A stretch of 64,000 nucleotides of DNA from an uncultured Fibrobacteria bacterium (GCA_963716395.1 OY970309.1:512001-576000), one strand, 5' to 3'; shown: positions 31,006 to 45,159, numbered from the stretch's first letter. Notes: generated from the sequence alone by a model not told the origin. Program-made: numbers and translations.

Positions 31006-32049
31006 ATGCGACACCTCACCTTGTTGGCCGCCCTTTCCCTCACCGCACTGGCGGGTGGCGCTTCCGCCCAGGAGCAGACCATTCACGTGGGCGGAACGGC
31101 CCGCACCTATATCCTGCACGTCCCCACGGGGCTTCCGGCCAACCCGCCTTTGATGTTTATGCTGTGCGGACATGGCATGACCGGGGCTCAGCAGGAGAGT
31201 TTAACGCAGATGGATCCGATTGCCGATCGGGAAAAATTCCTCGTTGCCTATCCGGACGCCGTCAACATGAATTGGGACCAGACCGGCACGACCGATATCG
31301 ACTTCATCCTTGCCCTACTCGACTCCATCAGCGCCCGGTACCATCCCGATTCGAACCGCGTCTACGTGACGGGCTTCTCCCAGGGAGCCGCCATGGTGCA
31401 TATCCTCGGCTGCGACGATGCCGATAAGTTCGCCGCCATCGCCCCGGTTTCGGGGAATATCCCCGACTCCTGTTCCCCGGCCCGAGCGTTGCCCATGTTC
31501 GTAACCTTCGGCACCAAGGATATTTTTCCGGCGAGTGTGTTCCTCGCCGGGGCGCAGTCCTGGGCCCAGCTCGACGGATGCCCCGCGACGCCCACGGTAA
31601 CGCGTCCGTACCCTGCCGACCACCCGAAGTCCGTGGTGACCCGCCTCGACTGGGGACCTTGCCGGAACGGCGCCGAGGTCATCGCGGATTCCATCCAAGG
31701 CGGGCCGCATGAATGGCCCATGGACTCGGTGACCAAGGTCAACAACAGCGAGGAGGTGTGGGCTTTCTTGAAGAAGTTCACCTTGTCCACGAGCACCGGG
31801 TTGTCACGCCCATCGTTTCCCATTCGCCGCTCCGTCCTATCAGCCTGGTACGCCGACGACGCGATTCATTTGCAAGGAGTGAATGAGAAGAGCCGCGTGC
31901 GGATCGTGGATGAACAGGGACGGCTGGTGGCGGAGGGTACCGCGATCAAAGGCCGCTTCCCGTTGGCCGGCAAGCCCGGCGGTGTGTACCAAGTTCTGGC
32001 GAACGACGGAACGTCTGGAATCGTCTCGGCCAAAATCGTCATCCCCTAA
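31006..32049 (+). CDS. Secreted PHB-depolymerase/LpqC-family esterase (CE1-like) with CTD
   Basis: RTYILHVP, ADREKFLVAYPD, RVYVTGFSQG, FAAIAPVSG, GGPHEWP, VWAFLKKF. CTD IVDEQGRLV..PGGVYQV. Confidence 0.85.
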   Translation: MRHLTLLAALSLTALAGGASAQEQTIHVGGTARTYILHVPTGLPANPPLMFMLCGHGMTGAQQESLTQMDPIADREKFLVAYPDAVNMNWDQTGTTDIDFILALLDSISARYHPDSNRVYVTGFSQGAAMVHILGCDDADKFAAIAPVSGNIPDSCSPARALPMFVTFGTKDIFPASVFLAGAQSWAQLDGCPATPTVTRPYPADHPKSVVTRLDWGPCRNGAEVIADSIQGGPHEWPMDSVTKVNNSEEVWAFLKKFTLSTSTGLSRPSFPIRRSVLSAWYADDAIHLQGVNEKSRVRIVDEQGRLVAEGTAIKGRFPLAGKPGGVYQVLANDGTSGIVSAKIVIP

Positions 32050-32323
32050 GGGCCATTCAAAACGGCACCATTTAGTCACCTTGGGCCGTGCGCAGCGGCA
32101 TGGGAAACACACCGGTTACCATCGCACGCGGCAATTTGCCCTTCGGCCTCACCCTTTGCACCCTGGTCAGCGGCCATCACACCTTCCGGCAATTGGTTTT
32201 CCTGCCCTAGTAGAGCCTTCTGGTAGGACCCACCCCCCTTTTCGCCTTTTCGACCGGATAGCGAGAACGGGGCGGGCGAATTGCCGACAGCGCCATTTCC
32301 CGAAGCGTAATATCTTTAGAGGA

Positions 32324-33478
32324 ATGAGACGTTTTTTCCTGTCGGGATTTCAGATCGCGCTGGTTTGCTGCGGCGCGCTTTGCGCCGATGAATCACAGCC
32401 TTGGAATAACCCGAATGGCGGAACCCTGCCTACCGGCTGCCAACATCTGACTTTCTACAGCGCGGCCAATAAGACCACGATCGGGTACATCATTTATCTT
32501 CCGCCCGGTTATAACAGCGATACCACCGTGCGTTATCCCGTCGTGTACTCCCTGCACGGCATGGGGGGCAATGAATGGGGCAACCTGCCCTACGCCTCGG
32601 TGTTGCAGTCCAACATCCTCTCCAAGGCATTCATTCCGATGATCATGGTGTTCGTCTCCGGTCGGGGCAACAGCTTTTACGCCGATTCGAAAGACGGCAG
32701 TGTTATGTGTGAAACCAGCATCGTGCAGGAATTAATCCCCCATGTCGATTCCCTGTTTCGCACCCTTCCCGACCGGAGCCACCGCGGCGTCGACGGGGTT
32801 TCTATGGGTGGATTCGGCGCGCTGATGCTTGCGTTCAAGCATTACGACCTGTTCGGCCACGTCTGCTCCGATATCGCCGCGCTCGTCGATTGGGACACGC
32901 TGAGCACTCAGCAATTCGATCAAACCATTCCCCAGCAGATATTCGGGAGCGATTCGAACTACTTCAACAACAATTATTACCCCTTCACCTTCGTGCGCAA
33001 AAACGCGGATACGCTCAAGACACTGGGCATGAAGGTGCATATGGCCGATAACCCCAACGATACCCCCATGGGACCGTTGTGGAGCTACAACCTGGCGATG
33101 CGCAGCCTGTTGGTCAGCACGGGAATTCCGGTGGAATTCGATTCCGCGGCCGGCAATGGGCATACGGCCGACTTCACCGGACCTTCCGGAATTGCCATCC
33201 TGAAATTCCATTCCGACGCCTTCGCCGCGGCTTCGGTCACGTCGACCTCCCCGAACCTCTCGATCCGACTGCAGGCGGCACCGGCATTCCGCTGCGTATC
33301 CGGAAACGGCATTTTTTCCATCCCGCCGCAATGGCAGGTGAATTCCACGGGCGTGGCCATCTATTCCGCCTCCGGCCGGGAGTTGGGGCGTGAGCGCATC
33401 GCCGGGAAAGCCGTTCTGGGCGGGGCCGCATGGGGAAAGCGCTTCGGGTCCGGCCTCCTGATCATCAAGCCCCTTTGA
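32324..33478 (+). CDS. Secreted alpha/beta-hydrolase esterase (CE1-like) with CTD
   Basis: IYLPPGY, RYPVVYSLHG, ELIPHVD, GVSMGGFGA. CTD IYSASGRELG..GSGLLIIK. The ATG at 32324 follows AGAGGA. Confidence 0.83.
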   Translation: MRRFFLSGFQIALVCCGALCADESQPWNNPNGGTLPTGCQHLTFYSAANKTTIGYIIYLPPGYNSDTTVRYPVVYSLHGMGGNEWGNLPYASVLQSNILSKAFIPMIMVFVSGRGNSFYADSKDGSVMCETSIVQELIPHVDSLFRTLPDRSHRGVDGVSMGGFGALMLAFKHYDLFGHVCSDIAALVDWDTLSTQQFDQTIPQQIFGSDSNYFNNNYYPFTFVRKNADTLKTLGMKVHMADNPNDTPMGPLWSYNLAMRSLLVSTGIPVEFDSAAGNGHTADFTGPSGIAILKFHSDAFAAASVTSTSPNLSIRLQAAPAFRCVSGNGIFSIPPQWQVNSTGVAIYSASGRELGRERIAGKAVLGGAAWGKRFGSGLLIIKPL

Positions 33479-33505
33479 GACCGTTTTACCCGGCAGGCTC
33501 CGGAT

Positions 33506-33863
33506 ATCTTTAATGTTACCGTAATACTTGTGTTACATTCGGGCCGGATCGATAGCCACTCGACTTACCCGCCTTTCGTTCCCAGAGGCGCACTGTATTC
33601 CCGACTCACCCGCTTTTGCAGCGGCAAGCGATCTCCACCCGGGTTGAGTCCGCGGCAGTGAATTCCTTATCCTTCCTGCAAACAATTTCAATTCTTCCGC
33701 ATCTCCTGGTGCGCCGCATCCGAGGAAAATTGGGCCTGCGCTCGAAACGGCCTGCCGCCACCAAATAACGCAAACATCCCTTCCGGGTGGATGGGGCCTC
33801 GCCCGGCGGGCGCCAAAGGGCAAACTTCCTTTCGTTTTCGTGATCTTAAATGTTCCCGTTACA
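33506..33863. promoter_or_regulatory. Pair of 21-bp operator-like motifs upstream of the GH5-GH9 cellulase genes
   Basis: ATCTTTAATGTTACCGTAATA (33506-33526) and ATCTTAAATGTTCCCGTTACA (33843-33863) match at 17 of 21 positions. The core is quasi-palindromic with a central CG. Confidence 0.45.
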
Positions 33864-34183
33864 ATCGCCCCGTACGTCGGGTCCCCACGTCATGGAGAAG
33901 ATTCAGCCTTGTGCGGACTAAAAATCCAGGGCGACAATCCCCCCGCCTTCCAGAACTTTTTCGCGACCATTCCTACTAATAAAAGTAGGCCCATGGGAGG
34001 AGTTGTTGGCAGGTAATGCGGCCGTGAAACGAAGTAACCGCGTAAAGAAAACGGGTGCAGTCGATGAAGATCCAACTGTATCTTCCGCGCATTCCTGATG
34101 CATTATCTGAATGGTTTACAATAAAAAGATTGGAAACGCGCCTATTTCCCGCGGATGATTTTCAACTCCGCTGGGTGGAGAAA

Positions 34184-37824
<3,641 letters not shown>

Positions 37825-37985
37825 ATTTTTTGGCCCATTACGCCGAGCGCCCACGTGTGAGGCGCCTCCTCAGGAAAGCTCAATCCGCTTCGGCGACATT
37901 TCCCCGACGCAGGACCACGAATGCTTCGCGGCGAAAATCCGCTATTCCACCACGCCTGTATTTATTGAGAAAATCCCGAATATGT

Positions 37986-38013
37986 AAAAAGCGCCCCGCT
38001 TCCGGGGCGCTTT
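37986..38013. terminator. Intrinsic terminator between convergent genes (probably bidirectional)
   Basis: AAAAAGCGCCCCG-CTTC-CGGGGCGCTTT hairpin with A and T flanks. Confidence 0.8.
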
Positions 38014-38037
38014 GCATCGCAACATTGAAGCGAATGC

Positions 38038-38625
38038 TTACAGTGCACTTTGCGCAATCGTGAATTCTGCGGACGCGGTGGAATCGTTGCCGTTTACCGA
38101 GGTGATATTCACGAAAACAAGTTTTCCGTTTCCGGTTTTCACCAAGAAATTTTCGCCTTCAAAGGCGTAATCATAATCGACTTTGTAAGTCTGCGAGAAA
38201 ATCGTGTCGGCGGCTTGAGAACTAACCGGCTTGGTGCTGATTGCGGCGAATTGGGTGTCTTTGATTTGAGTCGTATCATAATTCGCGGCCAAATTCACAT
38301 CACCCGCCTTCTTGGCGGCCACGGGACTCATGATTTGCAAATTCCCCCCGGAATAAACGAATAAGATGTCGATGGAGCTTTGCGCGGCGTTGGCGGCGGA
38401 GGAGAGCAGGACTTTCTTGGCGTCCAGATCCACGGCGCTGCCGTAGGTCGTATTTCCCTGCGCGCCGACCATCAGGGTTTGTTCGGCAAGCATGGGCGTC
38501 GAATCGGACACGGCCGTGGTCTTAGAATCAGTCAGGCAACCCGTAAGCGATGTGCTTAATGTCATCATGCAACCGGCCAAAAAACCCACAGCCAAAATCT
38601 TCTTGGTTATTCCCAATCCGTTCAT
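38038..38625 (-). CDS. Hypothetical lipoprotein
   Basis: Lipobox LTGC after a hydrophobic stretch; beta-rich body (GAQG...GSAVDLD...IDILF); AAGGAG upstream. Confidence 0.75.
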   Translation of the reverse strand: MNGLGITKKILAVGFLAGCMMTLSTSLTGCLTDSKTTAVSDSTPMLAEQTLMVGAQGNTTYGSAVDLDAKKVLLSSAANAAQSSIDILFVYSGGNLQIMSPVAAKKAGDVNLAANYDTTQIKDTQFAAISTKPVSSQAADTIFSQTYKVDYDYAFEGENFLVKTGNGKLVFVNITSVNGNDSTASAEFTIAQSAL

Positions 38626-39096
38626 TCCTCTCTCCTTGATTACAATAAGATTGATCTTTCCTGCAGATGGCAGAATCGTCAAAGGTTAATAAAAAAAGCC
38701 CTGCGATTTTCCAATTGCCCGTCTTTAAGGGTTGCATGAACCAATGGCGACGTCCCACCCTTCCGGCAAGCGGCATCCAAAAGAATGTAGGCGATCACCG
38801 GCGAAAAATCAGTGCGAACCCGTAGCCCGTCGACTCCAGGGGATATTTGCGATCCGCTTTATCAAGGTTCCGCATCGTTCCCGCATTTGCAATGCAAAGC
38901 CGTTTTTCTTAATCAAATTCGGCTGCCCTAATTCTTGAAATTTGCAAGGCGCAAACGCCCGGTAAGGCTTACTATAAATGTTCGCTCGGTCTGAGCCGTT
39001 TTGTGATGCATCACAGCCAAAACATGGAATTCTAGTTCGATATCCGTGGCGAGGTTTGGATGGAGTACAATTTTTCACTTGTTTAGGGGGTAAGCG

Positions 39097-40398
39097 TTGG
39101 AAATTGCGCAAAGATTCCGCAACTGGATTTTGATTTCCGCGGCCATGGTCTTCGTACTGCCGACTTGGCGGCAGGCTTCTGGTGCGACCGGGCCCTGCGA
39201 CATCTACCTCGCGGCAGGAACTCCCTGTATCGCGGCTCACAGCACGATTCGTGCTCTTTATGGCGCCTTCGACGGGGCCCTTTACCAAGTCCGACGATCC
39301 TCGGACAACACGACTTTGGACATCAAAACCCTCAGCCCTGGGGGCGAGGCCGACGGCCCCGCACAAGACGCGTTCTGCAAGAATACGCAATGTGTTATTA
39401 CCAAAGTCTACGACCAGAGCGGAAAGGGCAACTTTGTCGAATACCAAGGAACGGGAAGTTCGGTGGGCGGCGTCGCCAACCCCGCCGTCGCAACCAGCGA
39501 GTCGCTGATGGTCAGCGGCCACAAAGTCTACTCGCTGTATATCCAGCAGGGCATGAGCTATTGGAGGAACGGTTCCGCGTCGGGCGTTCCCCTCGGTAGC
39601 GCGCCCGAGGGCATTTACATGGTGACCAGCGGTAAGCACTATGATGCCACTTGTTGCTTCGACTACGGGAACAGTGAAACCAATCGATTGCCCGATGGCG
39701 CGGGCGCCATGGACGCGATCAACTTCAGCGCTATCCTGAGCTGGGAAATCGGGGCCGGCAAGGGTCCTTGGGTGATGGCCGATCTTGAGTACGGACTCTT
39801 CTCCCAAGGCAGCGGCGGCAAGAGTAATCCCAATGATCCGACCGACACCAACACTTATGTCACCGCCATCCTGAAAAACAACGGAACGACGGAATTCACC
39901 TTGATGGGCGGTAATGCCCAATCCGGCGGTCTAGACACCTATTACAAAGGCGCCCTCCCTTCGGGGGGATATAATCCGATGAAGAAGCAGGGCGCCATCG
40001 TTCTCGGAAGCGGCGGGGACTGCTGCCCCACCAACTTCAACCTGGCCAGTGGAACATTTTACGAAGGAGCCATCGTCTCCGGCTACCCTTCCGATTCCAC
40101 CGAGAATGCCATCCAGGTCAATATCACCCAAGCCGGCTACGGAAGCGCCGCGAGTACTATCCAAACCGGCAACCGCGACGTTTCGGCGCCTAACGGAGGA
40201 ACCTTTATTTCACTCGGGTCGGAAATAAATTTTGTGACGCTTCCCCACTATGGCCGCTCTGAGCATCTTGAAGTGCACAACCTCGTGGGCAAGCTGGTCG
40301 CCGAAGGGTACTTGTCCGCACAAGGCCTCCCCGTCTGGACTTCCGGCAGCCTTCCTCACGGGCTCTGTATCGTGAAAGTGCTCCCCATCCGTAACTAA
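39097..40398 (+). CDS. abfB: Secreted GH54 alpha-L-arabinofuranosidase B catalytic domain with CTD
   Basis: GPCDIY..GTPCIAAHSTIRALY, CCFDYGNSE, GPWVMADLEYG, MKKQGAIVLGSGGD, GTFYEG. A CTD-like tail takes the place of CBM42. Confidence 0.92.
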   Translation: MEIAQRFRNWILISAAMVFVLPTWRQASGATGPCDIYLAAGTPCIAAHSTIRALYGAFDGALYQVRRSSDNTTLDIKTLSPGGEADGPAQDAFCKNTQCVITKVYDQSGKGNFVEYQGTGSSVGGVANPAVATSESLMVSGHKVYSLYIQQGMSYWRNGSASGVPLGSAPEGIYMVTSGKHYDATCCFDYGNSETNRLPDGAGAMDAINFSAILSWEIGAGKGPWVMADLEYGLFSQGSGGKSNPNDPTDTNTYVTAILKNNGTTEFTLMGGNAQSGGLDTYYKGALPSGGYNPMKKQGAIVLGSGGDCCPTNFNLASGTFYEGAIVSGYPSDSTENAIQVNITQAGYGSAASTIQTGNRDVSAPNGGTFISLGSEINFVTLPHYGRSEHLEVHNLVGKLVAEGYLSAQGLPVWTSGSLPHGLCIVKVLPIRN

Positions 40399-40534
40399 AT
40401 CCATCGCGCCTGGTACCCGAAAGTTCGGAGTACCCGCATGCCGCGGCGTCGAAGATCGGCAAATCGTCGCCCGCAGCGTGAATCGGATTACGCGATAAGG
40501 AGATCTCTGCCATCGGCCCGTTTCTGTCTGCCAA

Positions 40535-40978
40535 ATGCGATTTCAGATGACAATTACCACTACGCTTGCAAATAAAAAAGACTTCGGACTGTTGTTCAAA
40601 ACCTACCAAGATGCAATGCTTCCCTATATTTCCAAAATATGGGGCTGGAACGAAGAATTACAAACAAAGGAATTTTTAAGCGGATTTCCCCTGGAAAAAA
40701 TCGAACTAATACATTGCGATCATCACTATTGCGGATTTTTGATTATCGATAAAAGTTCCGCGGATTATTACCTCTGGATGCTGATTGTTGTGCAGGAATT
40801 TCAAAATCGTGGAATAGGCCGGAATTTACTCGGTGGATTATTGCAGGAGGCGAAGAAAGATGGGAAAAAATTCAAATTAAATGTTTTCAAAATAAATTTA
40901 GGGGCGAAACGGTTCTTTGAAGGATTGGGTTTTGTCGTATTGGATCGGGACGATACATATTTCATGATGCAGGCGTAA
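40535..40978 (+). CDS. GNAT family N-acetyltransferase
   Basis: Acetyl-CoA motif FQNRGIGR, plus V.K.N.GAKRFFEGLGF; AT-rich. Confidence 0.85.
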   Translation: MRFQMTITTTLANKKDFGLLFKTYQDAMLPYISKIWGWNEELQTKEFLSGFPLEKIELIHCDHHYCGFLIIDKSSADYYLWMLIVVQEFQNRGIGRNLLGGLLQEAKKDGKKFKLNVFKINLGAKRFFEGLGFVVLDRDDTYFMMQA

Positions 40979-41170
40979 GTCCGGAAGCGAAGCTAAAATT
41001 TAAGCGTGCGCATAAAAGGGCATCGACGACGAAGAATGTTCATGCGATTTGCCGGAAGCCAAGTTTTGACATTCTACCAAATCCCGAAAACCGGATGATA
41101 TCCGCGAAAATTAAAACATGGGATCGAAGGATGAATGCGTATAATAAAAAGAGCAAACAGGAACACCCTC

Positions 41171-41461
41171 ATGATTATGACGATTTTAGAAGCGGACGTC
41201 GAAGAAAGTAAATGGGATCTGCTGAAATCAAAATATTCGGAAATAATCAAGAAAATACCCGTTCAAATGGTTCGCACCTATTTAACTCAGAATGCCAAAA
41301 ATCGAAACCTGTGGAGCGTCATCTCCGTCTGGAAAAGCAAAGACAAATTGATGGAGTATCGAACAGCAACCCCATCTCCTGAAGGAATTGTTTTATTTAA
41401 GTCCCTTGGACTCGAGCCGACGCTTTCGGTTTTTGAAATAATCGAATCGCAACAGTCATAA
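41171..41461 (+). CDS. Small hypothetical protein, ABM/dimeric alpha-beta barrel-like
   Basis: WSVISVWKSKDKL resembles the ABM W-x-S motif; AT-rich ORF; start uncertain. Confidence 0.55.
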   Translation: MIMTILEADVEESKWDLLKSKYSEIIKKIPVQMVRTYLTQNAKNRNLWSVISVWKSKDKLMEYRTATPSPEGIVLFKSLGLEPTLSVFEIIESQQS

Positions 41462-41761
41462 GCCACCGCCGTCCAGCGAAGATCCGCCTCGGGCGGACGA
41501 ATTCGTTGATCGCGCTCTCGCCCGGAATTTCATCTTCAAGGTGTCGCGCCGTAGGAGAGCGGCGGTATTGGTTGAATGTTTGCAAACAAAAAAAATCACA
41601 CTCCTTCTTGCGTTCCATCACAGGCGGTCCGCAGACCGACTGATGAGGCAAGAAATCCTTAAATTGAAAAAAGGCCAAAAATGGCCCAAGCGGAAAATGG
41701 AATGCGCCGCTAATGTATGGTGGGAACCCAATCGGGAAATTCTTCTTTTTCGGGGTAGGTC

Positions 41762-43186
41762 ATGAACAAACGGATCATCGCATGCTTTTGCCTCTCGATG
41801 GGGTTGGCCGCCAACGCCCAAACCGTAAACGTGCGCGGTAAAGTCACCGATGCCGCCGGAAATCCGTTAGCCAAAGCCGTCGTTGCAATCGTCGGCCAGG
41901 GGCTGGCGGACACGACCGGATCCGATGGCGCCTTTTCGATCACCAAAAATCTTACCGCAGTGAAGGGGTCGACGCTGCCCTCAGCCGGTCCCATTACGTT
42001 GAACCAGAGCGTCTTGAATCTGTTCGTAGCTAACCCCGCTTCCATCCAAGTCGAGGTTTTCGATGTGAAGGGCCACCTGCTGGCGAAAGCCGCAAACGCG
42101 AACGCCTCGGCGGGCGTGTATCAATTGAATATCGCGGAGATGGTTCCCGCGGAGAACCTGGTCCTCGTGCATGCTGCGATCGGAGGTCATACGGAGAATT
42201 TTCGTTACTTCGGGATGCGAAACGACAATCCTGCGGCGAAACCGGCGCTGGTGAACATCTCCCGGAGGAGCGCCGGATTGGCCAAAGTCGCGGCCGTCAT
42301 CGATACGCTCCAGGCCTCGGCAGCGGGGTTCGCGACGAAATCCATACCGCTTTCTTCTTACGACACCACCCTCACTGTGAGCCTGGACTCTGCCGGAGGA
42401 GAAATTTTAACCAGCGCCGGGTGCGGAAAGACGCGGACGCTTCAAAACGGGACCCTCACCCTGCAGTTCAATGGCGCCACCCGCAATTACATACTGGCTG
42501 CGCCCAGCAAGTACACAAACAGCCACCCTTACCGTCTGGTCATCGCCTATTCCTGGTCGAGCGGCTCCGCGAGCGATGTCGCGAACAGCAATTACTTCAC
42601 CTTCGCGACGATGGATCCTACCAATACCATATTCGTCGCGCCCAACGCCTCGGATGGCGCCGGAACCTGGAGCAACACCGATGTGGCCTTCACCGATTCC
42701 ATCCTCGCCCAGGTCGAAGGCAATCTCTGCATCGACAAGACCCGCGTCTTCGCGTCGGGCTTCAGCTTCGGCGGAGGCATGGCCATGGCCATCGCCTGCA
42801 CGCGGGCAAGCGAATTTCGCGCCGTCGCCTTTTTCTCGGGAGCGGATCTCACCAATTCCTGCCCCACAACCCTTACGACGCCCATCGCGTACTACGCGTC
42901 TCAGGCCAGCCAGGACCGTGGTTCGCTGCCGGCCAATTCTCCCATCGCGGGGGAGACGATCCAGGCCAATTTCGCGGCCATCAACGGATGCACGCCCGAA
43001 CCCAATTCCACCAACTATCCGGCCAGCGGCCAGCCGCATACGTGCACGATTTACCCAGGCTGCTCCGCCGGTCACCCCACTGAATACTGCGTATTCAACG
43101 GCCCGCACGGGTGGCAGCCGGTGGATCCCGGCCAGTCGACGAGTTGGGATCCTCCGGAAGCGTGGAAGTTCATCACGCAGTTCTGA
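41762..43186 (+). CDS. Secreted CE1/PHB-depolymerase-like esterase, paralog of 29111-30604 with the same nested N-terminal module
   Basis: SAGCGK, NLCIDKTRVFASGFSFGG, FNGPH, WKFITQF. The N-terminal ~210 aa align with the paralog. Confidence 0.8.
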   Translation: MNKRIIACFCLSMGLAANAQTVNVRGKVTDAAGNPLAKAVVAIVGQGLADTTGSDGAFSITKNLTAVKGSTLPSAGPITLNQSVLNLFVANPASIQVEVFDVKGHLLAKAANANASAGVYQLNIAEMVPAENLVLVHAAIGGHTENFRYFGMRNDNPAAKPALVNISRRSAGLAKVAAVIDTLQASAAGFATKSIPLSSYDTTLTVSLDSAGGEILTSAGCGKTRTLQNGTLTLQFNGATRNYILAAPSKYTNSHPYRLVIAYSWSSGSASDVANSNYFTFATMDPTNTIFVAPNASDGAGTWSNTDVAFTDSILAQVEGNLCIDKTRVFASGFSFGGGMAMAIACTRASEFRAVAFFSGADLTNSCPTTLTTPIAYYASQASQDRGSLPANSPIAGETIQANFAAINGCTPEPNSTNYPASGQPHTCTIYPGCSAGHPTEYCVFNGPHGWQPVDPGQSTSWDPPEAWKFITQF

Positions 43187-43475
43187 ATCGGAACGAAATC
43201 AGCGCCTTCGATCCGACGCCGTGAGGGTTATGCCGGAGCGAAACAACCGGCATGGTGTGACCCGCTTTAATAGTTAAGCCTCTTAATCAAAAACACCCTC
43301 TGCCTGGCCGTGGTTTCGGCGATGGCGCCTTTGGTTGAGGCGCATGCTTCGCCGATGATCCGGGCACGGCAGCAGCTTCCGCAGCAACGAAGACATCGGC
43401 CATGATCCCTGGGATTTTCTCACCCGCCTGAACGCCGGCCGGATTCGTCTCCACTAAAACGAGCGAGGAGATTTT

Positions 43476-45122
43476 ATGCGGATGGAGAGTTTGCGAATAC
43501 GAATTTTTGCGGCCACCGCGGCCTGCCTGAGCGCCCTCTCGCCCTTGATGGCAGCGGGAGCCTTCACCGTCGACGATTACCGCAAGGCGCTGTGGATGAC
43601 CACACGTTTTTACGGAGGGCAGCGATCGGGCAAAGGGGTGAATTGGCTCCTGGCCGACAATACCTATTCGAACGATTATGTGAAGGATAGCGACAGCGGT
43701 CTGGACCTCACGGGCGGATGGCATGATTGCGGGGACTTTCCCATGTTCGGGCAAACGCAATTCTATTCGGCCTACGTCTTGATTCGCGGTTACCTGGCTT
43801 TTCCCACCGGCTATGACGATCTCTACGATGGAACGGCGTACTCCGGCTACCGGGCGAAGCACAGTTGGAATTGGGGTGACGGCACTCCCAACGGCATTCC
43901 CGACATCTTGGAAGAGGTGAAATACGCCACCGATTTTTTCATCAAGGCTACGCCCGACGCCTCCACCTTCTATTACCAGAAAGGCGACGGCGGCACGGGG
44001 GTCGGAGGCGAACACGCCCAATGGGTGACCAGCGGCTATTACAGCACGCAGTACACCGCCGACGAAGGCGGCGAATCGGATCATTCCCGCCCGGTGTGGA
44101 AGAATCCCAACGACGCCAGTATGCCTTCATTTTGCGCGGCGGCCTTGGCCGCCATGTCGCGCGCTTACCGGAAATTCGACCCGGCCTACGCCGATCAATG
44201 CCTGCAACACGCGCGTTACGCCTTCCAATACGCCCAAGGCAAACTGCCCAACACCGCGGCCACGGCCAACGGCGGGTTCTACGGGGCCAATGCCAACGCC
44301 GGCGATGATTATGTCACGGCCGCCACCGAACTGTATAAGGCCACGGGAGAATCGTCGTTCCAGGACCAGGCTCTGGCGCATGCCGGCGACGCCAAATGGC
44401 ACTATTACATCTTCTGCTACAACAACAACGACGACCTCGCCTTCTACAACCTGGGGGTTTATCTCGGCCAGTCGGCGAAACTCGACGCGCTCAATCAGGA
44501 CGGCCAATTCCTGAAAAGCTATTCCGGCAACGTAAACGCCGCCGGGGTGACCCAGGTGGGCGACGATTGGGGACGCATGCGCTTTCCAGCCGACGCGGCC
44601 TTCATCGCCGCACTGTATGACCAGGCCAAGGGCGTGCCGGATTACGACGACTTCATCTACAAGCAGATCGATTTCATCCTCGGGGCCAATTCCGCCCAGC
44701 AGAGCTTCATCACCGGATTTTGCTCGGGCTGCACGCATTCTCCGCAACACCCGCATCACCGCAACGTCTACCTGGCCGAACACCCCACGACGGAAATCCC
44801 CATCCCCGCCCGCAACGCCGAGCAGGGATCCTTGATCGGGGGAGCCTTGGACCCTTCCGCCATCGCCGGCGAGGATACGCGGGACAATTATCAGATCATG
44901 GAGCCCTGCATTGATATGCAGGCAGGCCTGGTCGGAGCCTTGGCCTATATCGTTTCCAAGCTGGCGCCGGTGGATACGTCGAAATTCCACGGGCCGACGC
45001 CCATCTTACGGCTTAAGAAAATAAAGTTGCAACCGGGAACCGCTTCCAATTCCTGGGGCTGGGAAATTTTGGAATCCGGGGTCGACGTCTTGGGGGAAAA
45101 AATTTCGCCGCTTACGAAGTAG
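43476..45122 (+). CDS. Secreted GH9 glycoside hydrolase with a short tail
   Basis: FYGGQRSG, DLTGGWHDCGD, PHHR, EPCIDMQAGL; RBS GAGGAG. Confidence 0.88.
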   Translation: MRMESLRIRIFAATAACLSALSPLMAAGAFTVDDYRKALWMTTRFYGGQRSGKGVNWLLADNTYSNDYVKDSDSGLDLTGGWHDCGDFPMFGQTQFYSAYVLIRGYLAFPTGYDDLYDGTAYSGYRAKHSWNWGDGTPNGIPDILEEVKYATDFFIKATPDASTFYYQKGDGGTGVGGEHAQWVTSGYYSTQYTADEGGESDHSRPVWKNPNDASMPSFCAAALAAMSRAYRKFDPAYADQCLQHARYAFQYAQGKLPNTAATANGGFYGANANAGDDYVTAATELYKATGESSFQDQALAHAGDAKWHYYIFCYNNNDDLAFYNLGVYLGQSAKLDALNQDGQFLKSYSGNVNAAGVTQVGDDWGRMRFPADAAFIAALYDQAKGVPDYDDFIYKQIDFILGANSAQQSFITGFCSGCTHSPQHPHHRNVYLAEHPTTEIPIPARNAEQGSLIGGALDPSAIAGEDTRDNYQIMEPCIDMQAGLVGALAYIVSKLAPVDTSKFHGPTPILRLKKIKLQPGTASNSWGWEILESGVDVLGEKISPLTK

Positions 45123-45128
45123 GCACGA

Positions 45129-45159
45129 CAACAGGGCCGAGATTACCTCGGCCCTGTTG
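45129..45159. terminator. Hairpin between convergent genes (probable terminator)
   Basis: CAACAGGGCCGAG-ATTAC-CTCGGCCCTGTTG forms a perfect 13-bp stem. Confidence 0.75.

Noticed and set aside
33765-33840. GCAAAC / GGGCAAAC motifs suggesting a c-di-GMP-I riboswitch
   Set aside because: The motif order and the GNRA-capped stem do not fit. An Infernal search would be needed to rule it out fully.
41455-41580. Possible integron attC site after the ABM-like gene (imperfect hairpin ending in GTTGAAT)
   Set aside because: There is no matching RYYYAAC at the 5' side, no similar site after the GNAT gene and no integrase.
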